64,000 nt of DNA. Origin: Euglena gracilis (Eukaryota). The notes under the pieces were generated by a model. That model was not told the DNA's origin. It saw nothing but the letters and a program-made list of their open reading frames with translations, and searched no databases. The position numbers and the translations under genes were made by a program. The DNA is taken from positions 21,190,642 through 21,254,641 of the forward strand of contig CP154954.1 of the NCBI GenBank assembly GCA_039621445.1, read 5' to 3'. Every line of letters starts with the position of its first letter. The first letter of the stretch is position 1. Below are positions 1 to 12,704 of the stretch, in pieces.

Positions 1-625
1 TTCTGGTTGTTGTTGTTTCGAAAGGCTCAGGGGAGCGAGGCTGTTCATGTGCGTGATAGTTGATTGCATCAATGTGCTCAATTTCGCACATTGACCACTC
101 TGAGGTTACAACGGCCATAAATACCCCAGGATTCCCCGGTGGAAACGGCGCGACAAACACCATGAGTTTGGGAGAGACCATGAGGTCGATTTGCGCAAAT
201 GCGCACACCATCGATGTTTGTGCAAACCGACGTCATGTGTATTTGTGCAAAGGTCGACATTCTTCCTTTATTCGAACCATGGCAATAAATCATTGCAGTG
301 AAAGTTGTGTGATCCCCTCCCCCGTTGCATCACAACACAATCTGGAGGAACACATCCTCGTAGAAAATTGGGTGGGGACTCCCGACCCTTCCCTCCCCTT
401 GTTCCCCATCCTTGTTCCCCACGCTCCAGCAAACGCCAAAAAAAACCAAAACCGGAAAAAATAAAAAAATAGTGTGCCAAAACCCCCCGGAGGGAGACAC
501 CACCATCTGCCGACAACTGGTGAAGAGAGCCGCAGCACACAAAATGGGGGGAGGCGGCACAGGGGTTTTGGTGTTTTGGTTGGCCTTTTGTCCACTTTGG
601 GGGGATAGGTCCGGGGGGTTCCAGC

Positions 626-2371
626 AAGGCACCTATAGTCAAGCCCAAACATTTCCCCGTTTTAGGCCATTTCAGGCCATTTTAGGCCATTTTAGGCCAT
701 TTTAAGGTATAGGTGAGGGTTCTGGAAATCATAATTTTTCGTCAATTTTGTCCCAAAAACTGTATCATAACGTGTGCAAACCTTCTCTTATTCAGTAATA
801 AGAAATGTACATACAAAAAGCATGCAAAATTCATGAACAATGTATCAAAACCATGATCAACAAATCTTAATTCATACCCATAGAGGAATTCTGAACAGTA
901 AGAAATTATGGAAGTGAAAATTTTTCAAAAAAACGTTTGACAAATATTAAAAGTTTTTATTTGCGCAACCAAAAAAGCGCCCAGTTTTTTGTATTTTGTG
1001 AAATCGACTCCACCTGCGCCACCTTCGCCATGCTCTGAGCTATGCCGGTATGTGTTCATTACGGGTGTCGTCTTTTTCGGTGCATCTCTCAAGCGTGTAT
1101 TTTTTTTAAGTCTGGAAAGCTCCAAATATCAATGATTTGTGCAGCTGATATCCAGCACTCTTAAGGAGGGATCTTGCCAGGATGTTTATGTGTCCTCGTT
1201 GCTTGCACAGGGGAAGAAGAAGGGACGCCATTTTGCAGGATTTCGCAAAAAGAAGCCATTTTTCTGAAAGATGATGCTGTTGCATGGTGAAATTCAATTT
1301 GAGAGCTGAGCAAAGCTGAGATCAATTCCTCTTCTCCGTGTTTGTTTTCCCCTTTGGGGAATTCATAAACAGGAGAGAATCTCATTCATAATTGTTTGTG
1401 GTTGTTTGGGTCACTTGATCACTCGGCGTGATTATTTGTGGTTTTGGAAAATCCCCAAAATTGTGCTGGTTCGTGATTTGAAGGAATCCCTGGTACGCAA
1501 CAAAACAAATGAGCATGCACATCTTTCAATTGAGATGTTCCAACATCTTTTGTCTTTCTTTCCCTGTCTTTTTCCCCATGCTTCCAAATTTGCACTGTTT
1601 CATTATTTGCAAAACAGACATCGTTGCGCACCAAAAAAGATGGGAGTAAGAAAAAAATTCAGCTGCCCAAGAAGGTTGGGGATCATGGGGACTGATACTG
1701 ATACTCACAATGAATTGCCACCTGTCTCAAAAATTTTGCCACTGTCTCAAAGTATGACTGCAATCTTCTCAAAAGCAATTTTCCACTTGTCTCATAATCA
1801 GAAAAAAGAAGTGTCCATTGGGGTGGACAGTCAAAGAAAGTCATCCGACAGCCCCGTCAGGAGGGCCCACATTTTAGGCAAATCCCTGGCCAACAAATTG
1901 TACCCATGACGAGCATTATTCGGATCAGACATGGATGCAAGAGAAAAAGACGCTTATGAAACAGAAACTTGTCTTCCAAACACAACATGAGGACATTCAT
2001 TCTTGAGAAAAACGGCAATTGCTTTCAGAAATTTGTTTTGAGAAAATTGACAATTGTTTGGAGAAAATTGGCAATTATTTAGAGATAATTGACCAATTAC
2101 AATTGAGAAAACTGGCAGTTATTTTGATTTTGATACATATTCCGCAACCAGCTGTAACAAAAGACACCGAAAGTAATTACCTGAATGGCGTCAGTTGTTC
2201 ACAAAAAAAATTGTTGTGCAACAGAATTTTTCCCATTTTAGGCCATTTTAGGCCATTTTAGGCCATTTTAGGCCATTTTAGGGACCCCCACCGATAGGGC
2301 GTCAAAAAGTCATTTTAGGCCATTTTGGGCCATTTTAGGCCATTTTAGGCCATTTTAGCTATAGGTGCCTG
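626..2371. mobile_element. hAT-type non-autonomous DNA transposon, 8-bp TSD
   Basis: Termini (A/C)AGGCACCTATAG ... CTATAGGTGCCTG. Identical flanks GTTCCAGC at 618-625 and 2372-2379. Subterminal TTTTAGGCCA decamer arrays at both ends. Confidence 0.8.
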
Positions 2372-2741
2372 GTTCCAGCCACAAAAAAAAATCCCCCAAA
2401 AAAACACGTAAATCCCGGGAATGCCAAGGCCAAAAATAAGCATTCGCTCGGATTTCCTCCAACCGTGCTCCCTGTCGCTCTCACCCCTTGCAACGCCGGC
2501 GCCAATATCAGATTTTGGTCGGAGTGCGAGAATGCGCAAAAAAAGCTTAAGTGCGAAATGCGCCACCTAAGACAAAATCAGAAATGATTCACGTCAATTA
2601 TCCAAGTAATTCATCATTAAGAGTCATCCAATTATTCTCAAGACAAATTTTATCATCAGCAAATTCAGAATCAGCAGATGAGAGGGAAAACAGAGCTGTG
2701 TGGGGACGGGGACGCCGATGGGTGAGGGGGTTGGTCCCCCC

Positions 2742-3035
2742 CAGGGGTTTTTTTAAGACCGGGGGGGGGGAGAGGGGGTCCCCCCCACCCACACCTCCTT
2801 CGGGGGGGGCCCCCCGGGGGGGGGGGGGGGGGGGTCCCGGGGGACCCACAAAAAATGGCCGAAAAATCGCGAAAAGTGTTAAAAATAGAATTTTTTCGGC
2901 GCCTGCGGCGCCGAAAAGTATATCCCACCCCCCTCCGGGGGGACCCCCCCCCCCGGGGGAGGGGCGCGCCCCGACCCACCCACCCTACCCCCCCCCTCCC
3001 CCCCCCGGGGGGGTCCACGACTAAAAAAACCCCTG
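2742..3035. mobile_element. hAT-type MITE (CAGGGGTTTTTTTAAGACC / GTCCACGACTAAAAAAACCCCTG family)
   Basis: TIR CAGGGGTTTTTTTA. Perfect TSD GTCCCCCC at 2734-2741 and 3036-3043. Same family at 35261, 47733, 50337 and 58355. Confidence 0.85.
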
Positions 3036-6000
3036 GTCCCCCCTCGCCCAGGATGGTAGTTTGCAAGGTGCTCCTTTGTCGCCAAAGGATAACAACATTT
3101 TTGGTGTATTTATGGCGGTCAACCCCAGCTGCAAAAACAAAACAATGTGCAAAAGAAAAAAATTGTTCCTTATGGGCCAACATCACATTACAAAAAAGAT
3201 CGCATCTGGGGGATCCTTGGACAAGCCCGGTCGCTGGACAAGGGGGGAAAGGAAAGTCAGCGGTCCCCCCCCCCCCGGAGAGGGACTCTGGGCCAAAAAT
3301 CACTCTGAAAAACCAGTCAACCACCCCCTCCCCGGGGGAGGGGGTTGGTCAATGACTAAGTGATTGTGTGGGCTGGTTGCCAACTTCCAGGGGAAGAGGG
3401 GAGAGGTATGTATGGTCTTTTTCGGGGCAGGCGGGAGCATTTTCACCAAAAAAAAAAACGGGGAAACGGGAAGACGGGGATTTGAACCCCAAATACATGA
3501 TTTTTGATGGAAAACCACATTTTTTTCACAAAAAAATCTCAAAAATTTCAGGTTTGAAAATTGGTAGTTTTTAGGAGGGGGGTGGAAAATAACAAAGGTC
3601 AAAAAAAGCGGACCAAATTTTGGCACAGTCAAAATTTTACTGACATTTTTTCTCTTGGAAATTTTTGGATTTTCAATGGCTTTTTTTGCTTCAAAAAAAC
3701 ACTCAAAATCAAATTTTTGAGAAAATTTTGAATTTTTGGAAGATGTGAAAAAATGGGGTTTTGGGGGGGTTTGGGGGGGACCTCCCATATGGGTCCCAAA
3801 ACGGGTAAAAAAAAACACCCAGCGCCGAAGGCGCCAGAAAAAATTTTCGGGTTTCTGTGTATTGGGGGGGGGACGGTCCTTAAGGGGGAGGTCCTTAACT
3901 AAAAAAAAAAAAAATCATCCCTTACGGACCACCCTGCCCCCATAGGGTTTCAGACATTCCTGTACAGCCCTGGAAACGGGAGCAAGGGAATAATCATGCA
4001 GAACCCGTGATAAAGCATCCATATTCCAGGAACAAAAGGGAAAAAATCTAACATTAATGAATAACCAAACGCCAACCTAACCAAACCACCAAACTAACCA
4101 ATCAAATCCCAAATAAGTGAATGGGCAATGCTGGATAAATGCACAGATGTGGGTGGGAAAAAAAGAACCACCACAACAAAAGTTAAACTCCTTTTGCAGA
4201 CACTTTTGCAGGCCTTCGAGGGTCATCGATTTCGACTAGCTAAGAAGGCTATTGTTGAGCATTTAATCTCAAATCCCCATAATTGCGATTTTAAGTTGGC
4301 AATTGTCCACTTGTTGGGGAGCCATCTGAGTTGTTACAAGAGGTTTGCTTCAACGGTCTGGATTGTTCGCTGAACTGGGTAACACAAAAGTTGGAAGAGA
4401 AGGAGGCTGGCGAATTTGACGCATATGTTTGCTGTGAAAAAGAACGAATGGTTGAGATGCAACATCAACTAGGTCCAGTCATCTGCGTCAGGTCCATCTG
4501 CTTGAGACAACGAGTGAGTGATTGAGTGAGTGGGGTCAGCAGCACAATTCGTTCGCCAATCCCGCTTTATAGAAACATACCTGCAGCAGGGGTGCAGCGG
4601 GGCTGGTCAACGTAACTTAACTGTCAGCTTCCCCAGGCTGGTGTGCACAGTCCATTTGGATCCAAAAGCAAACAATCTTTACACGATGTGTGGTTATCTG
4701 TAAACAAAAGCAGCGGGAAAGATCTGGACAAATTTTCTCCCAGGGTCGACTTGCAGCATCTTTTTGTTACAAAGTTTTATCCAATGGCAAGGTTTCAGGC
4801 AGAAGCCGATCTCATGCCAGGAGAAAGTATGATCAAAGCAAGAGAAAATCCAACTCAACTCCAAGGTTGGATCCAGGGGTGATTCAAAACTTTTCCGGGA
4901 AGTGCGTTGGCCATGTTTCATTTCCTTGGCCAGCCTTACATCAGACATTTTTCCCTGTTGACTGAGAAACACATCGCATGCTTGCTTCCTCGAAGCACGT
5001 ATTTCTCACCTTTCTGTGTTCACCTTTTCAACAATTTATCGGAGCTTGATGGGAAAAAAGGAGTAGCTGGTATCCAAATTCAAAAACGAATCAAAAAATG
5101 GTTCTCTTCCCTCCATCCTTTTGCACTGACGAATTTGCTTCTGCAGGGCACCAAACACCCAAAAAAGTCGGTTTACTGTGCTTTTCATCAACGTCGTAAT
5201 AAACACCTCTTTATCGATTTTTTGTGTTTCATGGAATCATATGAGGCAACGAGGAAGGTTTCAGGCAGAACAACAGAACCCTTCACTCACCAAAGATTGT
5301 CCTGCATGTGTACACAACAGTCACACAGTATTTGCATGCAGAGAGGCATATGCATACACCCACACCTTGCCACGACGTATCCCATTGATTTGAAATCGAC
5401 CATCTTTCTCACTAAGGCAACCCTTGTGGAGATCTAGAGAATATGAGATTGAAGAACAATCAGCTTTCTCCACCTGGCCTTTGCAAAACTCAATGTACAG
5501 AATAATTTGCAAAATTGGCTGGAAAGCAATGAGGCCATCTCTTATGGGTGCTAACGTCCATCGTGCTTTTTGCCGCAGTGCACATTTGAAAAACAATACT
5601 GGATGTGTTGAAACCTCGACCATCTGACCTGTGATTGGAGGGTGCACTCAAAAGACGGGCTGACTTACCCCCCCCCCCCATTGTTTCACTGTGCATGGGC
5701 TCTTTTCCCATCTGGGACGTCCATTGTGAACCATCCCCTGCCGTCACCCAAACAGAGTCTGGAAAGGGGGAAACGCTTTTTTTTGAGGGTGAATCACCCA
5801 GTGTTGTGCAGATCATGAATGGGGAGGATCCCCGACGCAGGGGGGGGGGGGTCCTGTTGGGTCGACCGACTCAGTTGGTCAACCCAACAGTCCAATGTAC
5901 AAATAGCCCATATTTTGAAAATTTTAAAAGGGTCAAAAAATGACCAAAATCGTATAAAGACGACCAGAAATAAGAATTCTGTTAATGTTGGTTAGAAAAT

Positions 6001-8525
6001 ACATCCATCTGTTGAAAGCCCTTGCTATTGATCGAGGGGCAACATCGCAACTGAACTGTGGAATGAATGACAATCGGCGATCACAGATTTGATTTTTTGT
6101 AAAGTTTTTGGAACATGCAATCGCCAAGAATAAGAGTACTCTGGATCGTGGCTGAAATACGTGGCAATCTGTCAGAAGCCCTTGCGAACAAATCAAGGGG
6201 CGACATGTTCTGTGTAATTCAAAATTTTAGAAATTGATACCCAAAATCCTTAAATGCCCAAAATGAACAAAGTCTGTTGTGTAGCCACCAATTTCCTTTC
6301 GTTTTTGAGCTTTTCGAAGGACCCGAATAATAAAAATTCTTGTGCAACTCAACCCTTTTGGGGGGGGGGCAAATCCCTTTTTGTCCCAATTGTTCGAGGG
6401 CCCCAAAATAAAAAAATACCTTGTGTTTCCAACCCATTTTGGTGGGGGGGGAATCCCTTTTGTTACTCAACTTTCCAGGAACTCAAAAAAAAAACAGAAT
6501 CCCTTGTGTGACCCACCCGTTTTAGGGAACAAATCCCTTTTGTTGCTCAAGTGTTCAAGAGCCCAAAAAATAGCTAAATCCCTTGCGTTACCAAGTTGTT
6601 TTGGGGGGGCAAAACCCTCTTGTTGCTCAACTGTTAAAGGGCCAAATCCCTTGTGTTGCCAACCCGTTTTCAATATTCGATTCGAGAGTTGCCGCATAAG
6701 AGGGAGTCATGACAAATTGCAACCTCAAATTTGGAACTCGAAGTTTTTTGTGGCCGTTTTGCGTGTTTCCAAAATTCTGTGGTCTTGTTTTTGCTTCCAT
6801 GAAGGCAGATTTTGGGATGCTGATTGGAAACGGCACCTCAATGAATCAAGTTTTGCTTTTTTTGCTTGCCCTTTGTTCAGGCATCATGGAGAACATTCCA
6901 TTTCAGTTGAAACAAGCCTCAAAAGCATCGAGGCTGTGTCCTCACCTTTGGCATTTTTGCTGTGGTTGCCTGGGCCTCGTTTGAGCATCATCAAACCTGC
7001 AGGTTGTCATTGCCTTCTACTGCCGCCTCCCTGTTGCTCCATTTTAATGATGGGTCGTGCGGGGGGGGTCGTGGGAGAAGGGTCGCGGGTGGGAAACGGG
7101 TTTTCACGACGTCACGCATGACATGTGTGACGTCATTTTTTTATCTAATTTTGTGTCCCAATTGGGAATTTGAATATCATTTCGGCCAAAAATAATTAGG
7201 AATTTGTGACAATTTTGCAGTTTCATCCCCAATTTAGGGGCAATTCCGAATTTATGTGAGTTTTTTTTACACTTTTTGGAAGCTCGAAGGTCGCAGGTCG
7301 CAGGGGTGGGAGGTCGATAAAAAAAATGACCAAAATTGGTGATTTTGCACATTTGTTCCGAATTTGACCAAAAATTATATTTTTGAGGCATTTTGGCCCA
7401 TATCAAGTTCACTGTTGCGATCAAGGGAAATTTGGTCTCGTGATTTTCTTGACGGTTTTTTGGCCGTTTTTCAAACAAAGCATAAAACCTTTTTTTTCAA
7501 AAAAGGTGACGTGGTCTGGCTGTGGACCACCTCATAGTTGTAATGGCAGTGGGGGTCCATCCAGACGACGGATTTTTTCGTGAATTGCCCACTTTTTGAC
7601 CATTTTTGCAATTTTTTTTTTGCAATTTTGCGATTTTTTTTGCATTTTTTTGAGACTGACATATTCCTCATTATTCCATATAATATTGCACCGTGGGATG
7701 CCAAAAATGGCCACTCTGGGGGGCGGACACTTTGGGGGGGGGGGGTCAAATTTTGGCTTTCAGCGCCTTTGGCACCGAAGGAAAGCCACTTTGAGGGGTC
7801 CCGGGCGAGAAATTGGCCATAGACTTTTTGGTGGGTGCTAGCAGTGCCTCACCCCCCCCTCAAAGTGTCCCCACTCCCAAAGTGGCAAAAAAAATTTGGC
7901 AAATTTTGGGTTACCCCCCCAAAAATGGCCATTTTCCTTCGGCACCTTTGGCGCTGATGGCCAAAATTTAACCCCCCAAACTGCCCCTCCCCCCCCCAGA
8001 GTGGCTGTTTTGGGGTCCCACGGTGCCTGGATGGTGGCCTATGGGGGGGGGGGGGGGGGTGAGGGTAGTCGCTGGCGTCCATGATCTGTGCCGACTGCGG
8101 TACCGACTGCGGAAGCTAGCGACTAGTGACCCCCTCTGCGGACTAGTCGCCAGCAACCATTGATGGTCGCTAGCAACTGATCTCTGTCCACAAATAGTCT
8201 GTCTTAAAGTTAAACTATTTCAGGAGGTCCATGTTGGGGGTCAATATGCAAAGATTTCAAAATGAAACCTTCCATTTTAAAATTTTCTCTCTTTGAACCC
8301 TTGCCCATTTGATTTTGCCTTACAGATCATCAAGACAGTAATTTTGCAACACCGGGAATCTTGTTATTTTACAGCCCTCGAACAGTTGAGAAAGAACATT
8401 GCTTCATTGTGTTCACCCTTGGGCAACAGCAATTACCAATTGGCAACACGGTAGCCAACCAGCGTTTACCCGCGGCAGCCCTGCCTTGCACACACAAAGA
8501 GATTTTGTTGATGGAAGCCCCCCCC

Positions 8526-8562
8526 CCGGACTTAGGACAAAGCCGGTGACCCCCTACGATGG
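8526..8562 (+). repeat. Solo fragment of the left terminal repeat of the YR-PHD element
   Basis: CCGGACTTAGGACAAAGCCGGTGACCCCCTACGATGG matches about 16398-16434 with one mismatch. Confidence 0.75.
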
Positions 8563-11265
8563 TCAGCTACGGCATCACTAGGACCTTGGTTAAGCTGCAG
8601 AGTGGAAGCTTTTTTAGACACTTGTGAGGGGGAAAAGGCCACACCAGCATGGTGCATGACATTTGAAAAACACTTATTAAATACAAAAAATTAATGGGGG
8701 CAACTTCAGGCAGAAAAAAGGCAAATGTACCCAGAAAATGTGAAACAATCAGCACCAAGAAAACACATTGCTTGGCACCAAGAGTCCGTTGTTTCGACTC
8801 AGCGAAGAAAACACAGTTCCTTGAAAACGTATGCAGATAATTTCCAACATGAACCACAAGTTATAAAAAAAAAATCCCTGGTTGAAAGAAGGCCTGGAGA
8901 AAACCCTGATTGAAAGGAAGAAAACCCAAAATCCCAAAAAAAAACTGCACGAAGCCGTGTTGACGACCCCCCTGGATTCCAGCTCGGAGGCTTGAACAAT
9001 TGGATTGGCTGAAAAAAGGATGGTGGCTGACTCCCTCCTCCCATGGGGGTGGGGGTCGAAACGGGTGCCAAGAAAAATCGAAACTACAAAAAAAAATCCC
9101 AAAAAAAACTGCCAATAATGCAAAAAAAAATTAAGGGGGGGTCCAGCCAGCCAGCAGCCACTACCCAGTCAACAACCTTTTTCCAACCTCGAGGGACCCC
9201 CCTCCCACTCATCAACGAGTTTTATTCATTTCCAGCCGCTCTTTGGGTAGCTGAACACTAACGGATTTTTCGCTTTTGGGGTACAAAATGGGCCAAAGAT
9301 GACTGGCCAGGGCAACGTTGGTCCAAAGGGTGGGGACAAATTTTCAAAAGCAGCGCAGGGTTAGAGTTTGGACTGTGCAGCCTGAGTTTGGCCTAACTCC
9401 GTTGCCTGATCCCCACCTGCGAGTTAGGCCTGTACCTCCAACCCAGCCCCCAAAACAACAGGGCGGGCCGACCGTTCAGCGCATTTATCTTTCTGTCCCC
9501 CTTCCTGCCAACCTGCCTGCCGCCTTTGGGAATTGAGAGGATGGGCTGTGGGAGAGTGTAAGGCCAAGCTCAGGCGGCTCAGTCCTAACCCTAACCCAAC
9601 GCCTTCAATAATGATCTTTTAGAATCAAATTAACACTATTTCAAGACCGCCATTTTGCAGCGAGGGATTATTACGTGTTTTAAGGAACCCAAAAAAAACT
9701 TGTTCCGGCAACATTTGAGCCAGTGAACACATACTTGCTTGACTTCAAAAGGGCAGTTGGAGATTCGGCCATACTCGTGCCAGCAACCTTTTTCCAAATG
9801 GACGAAATGAATATAATAATGAACAGGAAATCCCTTCTGAGTCTTTTGAGGAACTACCCAGCATACAATTGCTTACCGACCCCCGGGGGGGGGGGGAGGG
9901 GGGGGTCACTCCACTTTTTTAAAAACCAGTCAGTCACTCATTTTCAAAAAACCAGCCAGTCACTACCCCCCCGGGGGGGGGGGGGGGGGCCACTCAGAAA
10001 AACGGCCACTTTCCAGTCACTTTAGGCCATTTTAGGCCCAAAAAATTTTTCCGGCGCCTTTGGCGCCGGGGTCACTCAAGCCACTTTTGCCCACTCCTGG
10101 CCGACCCCCCGGGGGGGGGGGGGGGGGGGGGCCGGGCCAAAAACCAGTCAGTCACTCTGAAAAAACCAGTAACCCACCCCCCGGGGGGGGGGGGGGGCGG
10201 TCAGTGCTTAAGCAATTGCATGCTACCCAGTTTCTGTTGGACATAACAAGGCAAAGAGGAACATGCATGCCATTCTTGAAGGGATGAATCAGAAAACATG
10301 ATAAAGAAAGTAAAGTTGCATCCATTGGAAGTGTTCAACAAGGAAAAAGATTCCAGCTCATCTTTCAGGAGCTGCTCGTAAGTTTCGAATGCATCCAACA
10401 GTCTTTGTCGGGCTGCGGGAAATGATGCATACGCCCCGAGAAAGCCACCTGTGGAGAGAGGTAGAGAGAGGGGGTTTGCCACACCCGACGTTCCTGCCTC
10501 CTTTTTTGCACGCAACAGGTACCACAGCCCTGAACTCTTAACAGGGACATGTCCCCCCCCTGATACCCTTTGGCCCAGACCCTTGGCCGAATCTGGAAGA
10601 ATGGAGCAACAAACAATCAGTCAAACAAGAAAGTCCATTACACACTGTGCAGCAATGTGATGTGGGGCAAAGATGCATTAACTAAAACCTTCCAATCGCA
10701 AAATGAGCTGGGAATTGAAAAAAAGACAGCACTAGAGATTCGGAGATGCAAATCGAATCATTAATTATCTATTAATTATCTCAAGAGAGGTAAAAATGTG
10801 GTGTCAACTTGCACAGCCAGCCCTCTGTGTCGTGCTGTGCTTGATGTGCGTAGCACTGTGAACTGTTGAAACTCTTGCTTTCACCACTATGACGACAAGT
10901 GTTACCCCCAAAAACATAAAGCTCCTTGCCCACAATGAGGGGTTGTTTACAGGTAAACTTTTTGGGACATGGGATGCCCTCTATGGGCTTTGAGTCCTAA
11001 TTGAGGTAAATTTGCACTCCATACCAATTCTTACCTGTGCAACTTTCAATTTTGTTCCCCAGTTATTCACCTGTGAGAATCTGACTTCCACACATGAGAG
11101 ATTTGTGCCTTGCTTTCAACATCAACCTCGGAGGCTTTGGAGAGGTTCAATAAGTCTGACGAGGACTTTGCCATGCTGACGGGGTGAGACCGGGGGGGGG
11201 GGGGGTCCCTGCGGCGGAAAAGGGAAATTTATCAAAGGCAAAGGCAAGCAAAGGCATATTGCGGG

Positions 11266-12704
11266 CAAGCACCTCTAGTCAGCCATGCCCTTGGGCCCAG
11301 CATCGCCCAGCATCGCCCAGCATCGCCTTTGGAGCCCTTGAAGGTGTACCTATAATGCCTGCTGCTTTTGCCGCTCTAGCCCACTTTTGGCTACTTTTGG
11401 CCATCTTTGGTTGCTTTTTGACCACTTTGACCAATTTTGACTGCTTTTTGCCCACTTTGACCACTTTTGACTGCTTTTTGACCACTTTTGCCCATATTTG
11501 CTGCCTTTTGACCAATTTTGACTGCTTCTTGACCACTTTTGCTGCTTTTTGCCCACCTTTGCCCATTTCCAACCACCTTTAACCACCTTTGTAGCTTCTT
11601 GATCACTTTTGCTGCTTTTTGACCACTTTTGGCCCCTTTTGCCTGCTTTTTGACCACTTTTGACAACTTTTGTTGATTTTCGACCCACGTTTGCTACTTT
11701 TTGCCCACTTTTGGCCATTGTTGCAGCTTTTTGATCACTTTCATTTTTTCTGCCCACTTTTGCTGCTTTTTGACCACTTTTGCCCACTTTGCCCACTTTT
11801 TTTACCACTTTTGCTGCTTTCTGACCACTTTTACCCCACTTTTGCCTGCTTTTTGACCACTTTTTGACCACTTTTGCTGCTTTTTGTCGGCACAGGATGT
11901 GGTGCAGGCCTGCAAGGCCTCTTGCCGGTCACACAAACAAAATCCAAAACAGTTGTTGCGCTGGAGGGTGGAGGGAGATGCATCTTGTCCACCATCTACA
12001 CATTGTCCAGTTTCTGCATCCAGTTCATCTTGTCCAGCATCGGCATCTTGTCCAGTATCTTGTCCACCATCTACATGTTGTCCAGTGTCTGCATCCAGTT
12101 CATCTTGTCCAGCATCGGCATCTTGTCCAGTGTCTGCATCTAGTTCATCTTGTCCAGCATCTGCATCTTGTCCACTATCTGTCCAGTATTCATCCGTTGG
12201 CTGCTGACCAAGCCAAAATAACCACAAAAGCCCAAAAAATGGCCACAAAAAGCCCAAAAGACCCCAAAAAGCCCCAAAAAGCAACCAAAATAACCAAAAA
12301 TTGCCCAAAAACACCAACAATGTCCAAAAAAGATTGTGAAAAATGACCCAAAATCACCAAAAAGGTGCAAAATGGCCAAAAATGCCATAAAATCTGCTCA
12401 AACCGCCCCAATTGGCCCAATATTTGCCAAATCAGTGACAAATAGCCCCCAAATTAGCAAAAATTGACCCATAATGGCCAAAATGGGTGGAAAACTGGAG
12501 CTTTGTGGGAAAATTATCCCAAAAATGGTTCAATTCTCCAAAATATACAAAAAAATGCCAGCATCGCCCAGCATCGCCCAGCATCGCCCTGCATCGCCCA
12601 GCATCGCCCAGCATCGGAACCCCACCTCTGGTCTCCAAAAATCCAGCATCGCCCAGCATCGCCCAGCATCGCCCAGCATCGCCCAGCATCATCAGAGGTG
12701 CTTG
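11266..12704. mobile_element. hAT-type non-autonomous element with internal tandem repeats
   Basis: TIR CAAGCACCTCT ... AGAGGTGCTTG. Perfect TSD ATTGCGGG at 11258-11265 and 12705-12712. GCATCGCCCA decamers near both ends; TTTGACCACT and CATCTTGTCCAG repeats inside. Confidence 0.85.

Noticed and set aside
4128-5647. Higher-complexity stretch with several medium ORFs, possible decayed gene or transposase
   Set aside because: No motif I can recognise and multiple stops in candidate frames; needs a BLASTX/HMM search.
9583-9600. CCCTAA telomere-like units (also about 24640 and 28925)
   Set aside because: Only two or three units each, too short to call interstitial telomeric arrays.
11279-12320. 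K/Q/V-rich and D/Q-rich ORFs (e.g. QDADAGQDELDA)
   Set aside because: They are translations of tandem repeats inside the 11266-12704 element and are open in several frames and strands.
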